41,500 bases of DNA. Source: a virus. Its lineage: Duplodnaviria; Caudoviricetes. The stretch is taken from positions 1-41,500 of IMG/VR virus record IMGVR_UViG_3300030095_006592. One strand, given 5' to 3'. A model generated the notes under the pieces. It saw only the letters and a list, made by a program, of their open reading frames with translations. It was not told the origin of the DNA and searched no databases. The position numbers and the translations under genes are program-made. The first letter of the stretch is position 1, and each line of letters opens with the position of its first letter. This document shows, piece by piece, positions 35,196 to 41,500 of the stretch.

Positions 35196-38100
35196 TAAAA
35201 GAAAATGTTGTAAAAGTACCTTTTCGTAAACTTAAACACATACATCATATTTCTGATATACAAATCAGAAACCTAAAGCGACACGTAGAATATGAAGAAG
35301 TGTTTGAGAGAACTTACGAAGAAGTAAAAAAACATAAAGACAATGCTGTAGCATATATTGGTGGAGATATTGCTCATTCAAAAACTGAGATGTCGCCTGA
35401 ATTAGTCGATCAGTTGTCTCGCTTATTTAAGAATCTGGCGGATATATGCCCTACGATAATTATTGCAGGTAATCACGATTGTAACCTAAATAATCTTTCT
35501 CGTATGGATGTTCTTACTCCTATCGTAAATAACTTAAAGCACCCTAATTTACATTATCTAAAGAATAGTGGGATATATAAGTGCGCTGATGTAAAGTTTG
35601 TTGTTTGGGATGTGTGGGAAAAGGAAGATGACTATATCGAAGCCAAAGATTTTGAAGGTGATACAAAGATAGTTCTCTTTCACGGAACTGTTGATAAATC
35701 AGAAACAGATTTAGGTTTCTTTTTGCCATCCGATGTTAAGATATCTAAGTTCGGCGGATATGACTTAGGCTTGTTAGGAGATATCCACAAAAGACAACAT
35801 TTAAATAAGAAAGAGACCATATCCTATTGTGGTTCGTTGGTTCAACAAAATCACGGAGAAGGACTTTCGCATGGTTATCTATTATGGGATGTTCCAAAAA
35901 GAAAATCTAAGTATATAGAAATCAAAAACGATTATGGTTACTACACATTAGACATAAACAAAGGTGAGTTTCCAGATTGTCCTGATATGCCAAGCAAAGC
36001 TCGTTTAAGGGTAAGGGTTTCAGACACAACTCCATCTCAACTTAAAAAAGCTATGAGCGTAATTCATAGTAAGTATAATTTAAAAGAGGTATCCGTAACC
36101 AAAACAGATTCATTTGGTTCTATCGAAAAGGTTAGAGGACAGAGAATAGCTGTTGGTAATGTAATGGATACGGGCTATCAGTATGGGCTCATAGAAGAAT
36201 ATCTAAAGACTAACCATTTTGTAGATGAGAACACTCTTATAGATATTAAGAAAATAAACGAAGAACTTAATGACAGATTGCCCGAAGATAACATCAACAG
36301 AGGTGTAACTTGGAAGGTTAAGAAGTTAGAGTTTGACAATATGTTTTCTTACGGAGAAGATAATGTAGTTGACTTCACTAAGCTAACAGGCATTGTGGGT
36401 ATATTTGCACCGAACGCAAGTGGAAAATCATCCCTATTAGATGCTCTCTCATTCTGTTTATTTGATAGATCCTCTCGAGCATATAAAGCTATAAATGTTC
36501 TTAATAATAAAAAGAATAATTTTAGTTGTAAGGCTACGATAGAGGTTCAAGGTAAAGAGTATATTATTGAAAGAAGAGGTAAGAAAGGTAGGGGCGGTCA
36601 TGTAAAGGTAAATGTAGATTTCTATACATTTGCTGACGATGGTGAAAAGATATCCCTCAATGGAGATCAAAGAAGAACTACTGATGTAAATATTCGTAAG
36701 GTTATTGGAACTTATGATGATTTTATTATGACAGCGCTTTCTCTACAAACCAACTCAACTGTTTTTATCGATAAGACTCAGAAAGAAAGAAAAGACTTAC
36801 TTGCTCAATTTATGGGTATTGGTGTTTTCGACCAACTCTATACTTTAGCTGCTGAAGAGATACATGATGTAAGTTCCCTTTTAAAGTCATTTAAGAAAAC
36901 TAATTATGATGTTCAGTTAGCAGACATAAAGGATAGTCTTGAAGAGAATAAATCAGATTTTAAAAATCTTAGTAGTGTGAAAAGAGAGTTCGTTAGAGAT
37001 AAGAAAGAAGAAGATAAGAGAATAATAGACTTAACCAAACAACTCAGAAAAGTAGATGAAACTGCTGATAGCATAAGCGAATTAGAAGAAAGAAAAGCTG
37101 AACTAACAAACTCATTAGATAGCATCGATGAAAGGGTTGGTGAGATAGCAACTCTATCCAAGCAATTCTCAGTAGAAGAAACCGAACTAAATGAGAAAAT
37201 AAACATCTTTATTGAAAATGAAGTGGATAAAAAATTTGCTCAATTAGAACAATACAGTAATGAAAAATCCGATAACCAAATTGAAATCGATAAACTTAAA
37301 ATACAGGTTAAAAATAAGTTAGATAAGATTGAAAAGCTTGGTGATTTAGAATACGATCCTAATTGTAATTATTGTATGAAAAATCCATTTACCATAGATG
37401 CTATGGAAACTAAAAAGAAACTAAATGATGATAAGCTATTAGCTAATGAATTCGTAAAAAAGTCTGATAGTTTGGATACCATAATAAAAGGTTTATCTCA
37501 TATAAAATCACATAAGAATCAAATGGATGAATCAATTCAAAGTCTTAGCTTGCTCGCAACCAATGTTAGTAAATTAGATAGCGAACAAAAACTAACCACA
37601 GAAAAAAGAAAAAATTTAATAAGTCAATTAGCTATAATTGAGGATAAAATTAATATCTACCACGAACAAAAGAAAGATATTATTTTTAATAAAGTTACTC
37701 AAAAAGAAATAGACGATGCACAGAGAGATTCTGGTGATTTAGAAACTAAAATTGATGAGCTTGATTTAAAGATAAATTCTTTAAATGGTGCGATTAAGGT
37801 ATTAGAAACCAATCGTGAAAACATAATGGCTAGTATAGATAAGGTTGAGGAATTAGAAGATAAGCATGCAGCTTATCAATATTATATGGATGCTATCAAA
37901 AGAGATGGTGTTCCGTATGAATTGATATCTAAAGCACTTCCAACAATTGAGGGTGCTATAAATGATATACTTGCTCAGATAGTAGATTTCTCTATGATAC
38001 TAGAAATGGATGGTAAGAACATTAATTGTTATATAGTATATGATGATGATAATGTCTGGCCTCTTGAACTGAGTAGTGGAATGGAAAGGTTCATATCTTC

Positions 38101-38347
38101 ATTAGCTATGAGAGTAGGATTGATAAATGTCTCTAACTTACCAGCTGCTAACTTCTTAGCTATTGATGAGGGTTGGGGAACTATGGATTCGGATAACCTT
38201 AATTCTGTCTATAACCTATTTCAGTATCTAAAGTCACAATTTCAATTTACAATGATTGTATCTCATATAGATTCTATGAGAGATGCTGTAGATACTCTGT
38301 TAGAAATTAAGAAAGAGGATAACTTTAGTAATGTCTCTTTTGACTAG
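35192..38347 (+). CDS. fused SbcD/Mre11 nuclease and SbcC/Rad50 ATPase (T4 gp47-gp46-like)
   Basis: Metallophosphoesterase motifs SDIQ, GGD, GNHD, FHG, GDIH; Walker A APNASGKS, coiled coil with CNYC hook, signature SSGME, Walker B AIDEG, VSH. Confidence 0.92.
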   Translation: MIKENVVKVPFRKLKHIHHISDIQIRNLKRHVEYEEVFERTYEEVKKHKDNAVAYIGGDIAHSKTEMSPELVDQLSRLFKNLADICPTIIIAGNHDCNLNNLSRMDVLTPIVNNLKHPNLHYLKNSGIYKCADVKFVVWDVWEKEDDYIEAKDFEGDTKIVLFHGTVDKSETDLGFFLPSDVKISKFGGYDLGLLGDIHKRQHLNKKETISYCGSLVQQNHGEGLSHGYLLWDVPKRKSKYIEIKNDYGYYTLDINKGEFPDCPDMPSKARLRVRVSDTTPSQLKKAMSVIHSKYNLKEVSVTKTDSFGSIEKVRGQRIAVGNVMDTGYQYGLIEEYLKTNHFVDENTLIDIKKINEELNDRLPEDNINRGVTWKVKKLEFDNMFSYGEDNVVDFTKLTGIVGIFAPNASGKSSLLDALSFCLFDRSSRAYKAINVLNNKKNNFSCKATIEVQGKEYIIERRGKKGRGGHVKVNVDFYTFADDGEKISLNGDQRRTTDVNIRKVIGTYDDFIMTALSLQTNSTVFIDKTQKERKDLLAQFMGIGVFDQLYTLAAEEIHDVSSLLKSFKKTNYDVQLADIKDSLEENKSDFKNLSSVKREFVRDKKEEDKRIIDLTKQLRKVDETADSISELEERKAELTNSLDSIDERVGEIATLSKQFSVEETELNEKINIFIENEVDKKFAQLEQYSNEKSDNQIEIDKLKIQVKNKLDKIEKLGDLEYDPNCNYCMKNPFTIDAMETKKKLNDDKLLANEFVKKSDSLDTIIKGLSHIKSHKNQMDESIQSLSLLATNVSKLDSEQKLTTEKRKNLISQLAIIEDKINIYHEQKKDIIFNKVTQKEIDDAQRDSGDLETKIDELDLKINSLNGAIKVLETNRENIMASIDKVEELEDKHAAYQYYMDAIKRDGVPYELISKALPTIEGAINDILAQIVDFSMILEMDGKNINCYIVYDDDNVWPLELSSGMERFISSLAMRVGLINVSNLPAANFLAIDEGWGTMDSDNLNSVYNLFQYLKSQFQFTMIVSHIDSMRDAVDTLLEIKKEDNFSNVSFD

Positions 38348-38498
38348 AAAGTAAATTTTTAGGTTTTCTAACCTCCCTTTTTAATTTTAAAATGTGTTGA
38401 TTAAGCACCGCCGACATGGTGGTGCTTTCTTCACTTACATAACTTCTAAACCATTCCATTAATTTTTCATCAATTGTGAAAGAAACTTTCTTTTTCAT
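38325..38498 (-). CDS. ribbon-helix-helix (CopG/Arc-like) DNA-binding protein
   Basis: MKKKVSFTIDEKLMEWFRSY......TMSAVLNQHI; GGAG RBS precedes the ATG at 38498. Confidence 0.75.
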   Translation of the reverse strand: MKKKVSFTIDEKLMEWFRSYVSEESTTMSAVLNQHILKLKREVRKPKNLLSSQKRHY

Positions 38499-38554
38499 AC
38501 CGATAATCTCCATACATTATATATATTAAATATACAAAAAATGTTATTTTTTAA

Positions 38555-38562
38555 TATTTATT
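38555..38562 (+). promoter_or_regulatory. TATTTATT variant of the putative late promoter
   Basis: Intergenic, before the AAGGA RBS of the 38586 ORF. Confidence 0.5.
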
Positions 38563-38585
38563 AAAGAATAATCCAAAGGAAAATT

Positions 38586-41500
38586 ATGGGTGTCGTCAAA
38601 AAATTTAATGATTTATTAGACTTAGAAGAAATAGATGTTCTGATTGATGAAACAGGTGAATCCAGGCATATAATAATATCCGATTTACCTGAAAGTGTTC
38701 CTCAAGGAAGAAGTTCGTTTTTAGTAGAAACTTCTCCCTATATGAAAGAGGGAACAGAACTTCAAATGGATTTCATAGATTCAGAGGGTGAAAGCATATA
38801 TTTAGAACCTGTTTCAGATTATTTAGAAGGTTCTGCTAGAAGAGTTTCAATGGAAGTGTATGATGATGTTGCTGCTGGTGTAGCTACATTAATTATAGTC
38901 GGTGAGTTAGAAAGTGTACCTGATGGTCCTAGTATATTTTCTGATTCTGTACCTGTTCCTGAAGAATTTGAAGGTCATTATAATGTAAGATTAACTAAAC
39001 AGGTTATCATAAATACAACTTCTGTAAATACACAGCCAATTAAATTCTTTACCCAACCTAAAATAAAGGTTTTTGAAACTAGAAAAGGAACTATGGTAAG
39101 AACTGAGGTAGTCGGTTCTGTTACAAGTTCTAAATTTAATGTCGAAGGGATACCCACAGATCAAAATTTACTGTTTCAACCGTATGGTGAAATAGATGAA
39201 GAGCTTACGCAAGGAAGCCTTTCAGATGATGGTCAAGAAGCACCTAAACCATCAAAAAAGAAAAATGTACAAGCCTATGTTGAAAGTAAAAAGGTAAAAA
39301 ATAAAAAAGGATTAAGAAAAAATACTGCACAAAAAAGATCGGGAATTGTAACTAAAAAAAATTCTCCAATATCATTTCCATATCAATTAAGAATTGGAAA
39401 TTTTGATGGTGAAGAAACTTTTAGATTTAACACTAAACACATAGGTGGAACAGTTCATTTTCATACATCATCTGCTGCGGGAAATTTTTCAGGAGCTAAT
39501 CTCTTTGAAAATTCTAATTTTTATCCCACAGAAGCCTTAAATTTAGTTGGTTTAAGTGAAACTCCAACATTTGATACTTCAAAGGAAATAGGACTTGATA
39601 ATCAATTTCCTACTCATTATACCGCTTCAATTGTAGATTTAGTAAATAGTGAAACAGCTTTAGTAGAGTTACCATTTACCAATAAAAATGAAGCTGGTGA
39701 TAACATTATTCTTCCGATATTTGGTCAAGGAGAAATATTTTTTGAAGCTCTACCAACAGGCTCTTATTCAGGTAATAACCTAATATCATATGCTGATGTT
39801 AGATTAAGTTTAATGAGAACTTTTTCAGGTGATGTTCATAAGGTAAAGGTTTATGCAAAAAGTGAGGGTGGATTTGATGATTATTCTTTACTAGCAGAAG
39901 TTCCTTTAGAGGGAAAAGAATTGTTAGTTGATGATGCTTCAGTTGGAATGGGAGAAAGAATAGGTTATGTAGTAAAACAATCGGAGATAGATACATATTG
40001 GACTGTATCCGGAAGTGTTAATGGTTTAGTTGGAGGCGCCACCGTATCTGATGCATCTTTGACAGCATCATATAATAACGATGTTTTGTTAGATGCCATA
40101 AGATTATCCGGAAGTAATTCTGATAATTCACATCATGTTAGATTTCAATTAAAAGATGATTATAGATTTGATATGAAACCTGGAATTGACTATACTCTAT
40201 CTGCTAATATAGTTGGTAATGTTGGTTCTTCAAATGGTGGATTGTTAATGGTTTATGTTTCTGGTTCATCTATGTATCAACAAAGCGATTTACATCACAA
40301 TAGATTTACAAATTCTGATATTGAAGAACCAAATGCTTATGGAAAAAGGTTAGGAATATTAGAAGTTGATTCAGCTGATGAAGCTCAGACTGATTTTGGA
40401 TTAGTTACATCTAATTTTACTCCAAATGTTAGCGGCAGTGGAATTTTACAATTTAGAGTTGTCTCTGGAAAATGGTATATTTCAGATATATCAATTCAAC
40501 CTGCTAGTGATACAGGATTTTCTCCTAACTTTTTTGAATTTAAACAAGAGATGCCTTCTCATTTACAGCAAAAAAGACCTGATAAGTTTGAATTTTTAGT
40601 AGAATTTTATGATATAAACAATAACATATCTGATACTGTAGTTTACTCACCACCAATTCCTTTTGATGGAACTAATTTAACAATAACTGGTGCTGATAAT
40701 AACCTATCAGGCGATATGTTTATAGGTGGAGAATCAACTTCTAGTGGAATACATATTGGTGGAGTCGATTCGACATTACCTGAAACCGGAGAAGCTGGAG
40801 CAGAGGGCTCGGGCTTTTTAAGGTCAGTGGGTTATATGGGATTTACGAGCGCTTCATCTTCACCCATAAGCGGCTCACCTGGCTTTATGTTCTTTAGTGG
40901 TTCTGTTTTACCCAATAGTGGAGATGATTATAAAGGTATAGGATTTGAGATAGCAGGCCCTAGCGGTTCATTTAGATTTAGAACAGATCCAAATATTTTT
41001 GAAGTAAAAGCAGATTCATTTTTTGTTGGTAAAAAAGCAGAAAATAGTAGTACAGGTATAGGACAATTTATAAGCGGTTCAACAGGAAACATAGAAATAA
41101 GTTCATCTTTATTTCACTTAGATCCTGGTTTTAACAGTGGCGCAGGTAGATTAATAATTGGTGCTGGAACCACAATAAATGCTGACCTGTCTGTAAATCA
41201 ATTATTCACACCTGCTCAAATTGATGGTGAACAATCAACAATTTTAAATGCTTCATCATCAATAACATCAGATGGATTAGCTAAATTCGTATCTGCTTCA
41301 TTAGGTGGTTGGGATGTAGATGAAACAGCTATAAAAAGTCCTGGTGGAAATTTACAACTACAATCCAATAACAAAAGACTTTCCGTTTTTGATACCGCCG
41401 GCACTCCGGTTGAAAGAATTCGCATAGGTGAGGTTGATGGTGGAACTGTTCATGGAATTAAAATATTTGACGGAACAGGCACTGCTGATAGTGATATACT
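38586..41500 (+). CDS. large tail-fibre/structural protein (partial, more than 970 aa; absent from ORF track)
   Basis: ATG 38586 (MGVVKKFNDL...) after AAGGA; the same frame reads ...KIFDGTGTADSDI at the window end. Ser/Gly-rich with SGS motifs and LGGWDVDETAI. The frame was checked at both ends, not codon by codon. Confidence 0.75.
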   Translation, partial: MGVVKKFNDLLDLEEIDVLIDETGESRHIIISDLPESVPQGRSSFLVETSPYMKEGTELQMDFIDSEGESIYLEPVSDYLEGSARRVSMEVYDDVAAGVATLIIVGELESVPDGPSIFSDSVPVPEEFEGHYNVRLTKQVIINTTSVNTQPIKFFTQPKIKVFETRKGTMVRTEVVGSVTSSKFNVEGIPTDQNLLFQPYGEIDEELTQGSLSDDGQEAPKPSKKKNVQAYVESKKVKNKKGLRKNTAQKRSGIVTKKNSPISFPYQLRIGNFDGEETFRFNTKHIGGTVHFHTSSAAGNFSGANLFENSNFYPTEALNLVGLSETPTFDTSKEIGLDNQFPTHYTASIVDLVNSETALVELPFTNKNEAGDNIILPIFGQGEIFFEALPTGSYSGNNLISYADVRLSLMRTFSGDVHKVKVYAKSEGGFDDYSLLAEVPLEGKELLVDDASVGMGERIGYVVKQSEIDTYWTVSGSVNGLVGGATVSDASLTASYNNDVLLDAIRLSGSNSDNSHHVRFQLKDDYRFDMKPGIDYTLSANIVGNVGSSNGGLLMVYVSGSSMYQQSDLHHNRFTNSDIEEPNAYGKRLGILEVDSADEAQTDFGLVTSNFTPNVSGSGILQFRVVSGKWYISDISIQPASDTGFSPNFFEFKQEMPSHLQQKRPDKFEFLVEFYDINNNISDTVVYSPPIPFDGTNLTITGADNNLSGDMFIGGESTSSGIHIGGVDSTLPETGEAGAEGSGFLRSVGYMGFTSASSSPISGSPGFMFFSGSVLPNSGDDYKGIGFEIAGPSGSFRFRTDPNIFEVKADSFFVGKKAENSSTGIGQFISGSTGNIEISSSLFHLDPGFNSGAGRLIIGAGTTINADLSVNQLFTPAQIDGEQSTILNASSSITSDGLAKFVSASLGGWDVDETAIKSPGGNLQLQSNNKRLSVFDTAGTPVERIRIGEVDGGTVHGIKIFDGTGTADSDI

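Noticed and set aside
735-41425. Other minus-strand and nested alternative-frame ORFs in the track (for example 735-1142, 1833-2081, 2761-2955, 26921-27244, 33424-33714, 39799-39996)
   Set aside because: They overlap well-supported + strand genes, show antisense-type composition and have no recognisable motifs.
1-41500. Stop-codon reassignment, introns/inteins or a diversity-generating retroelement
   Set aside because: Genes tile densely in the standard code with TAA, TAG and TGA all used as stops. No interrupted conserved gene, reverse transcriptase or template/variable repeat pair was noticed by eye.

Overview
This is a 41.5-kb segment of a large, AT-rich, contractile-tailed (T4-related myovirus-like) bacteriophage genome, with almost all genes on the + strand. 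The host is possibly a marine FCB-group bacterium (inference). 1-7.8 kb: early/accessory region of small translationally coupled genes behind repeated sigma70-type promoters. It includes a 3D-domain cell-wall protein, peptide deformylase, an MBD4-like DNA glycosylase, a complete one-piece tmRNA with an unusually long 37-codon tag ending YAFA, and a PseT-type HAD phosphatase. 7.8-8.1 kb: an unannotated GC-rich multibranched RNA-like structure, then tRNA-Gly(TCC). 8.1-14.9 kb: DNA modification/defence-like cluster (DUF4338/DruA-like protein, SF2 helicase-like ATPase, EcoRI-family endonuclease plus N6-adenine methyltransferase, glycosyltransferase, HD hydrolase). 15.2-16.2 kb: gp55-like sigma factor, terminator and a reverse-strand membrane protein. 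16.3-33.6 kb: baseplate/tail module (spike-like, gp25, gp6-like, a 2283-aa protein) preceded by a TATTTATA motif. 33.6-38.3 kb: repeat-rich spacer (candidate origin), resolvase, primase and a fused SbcD-SbcC. From 38.6 kb: a large tail-fibre-like ORF running off the window. All family calls come from motif recognition by eye, not from database searches.
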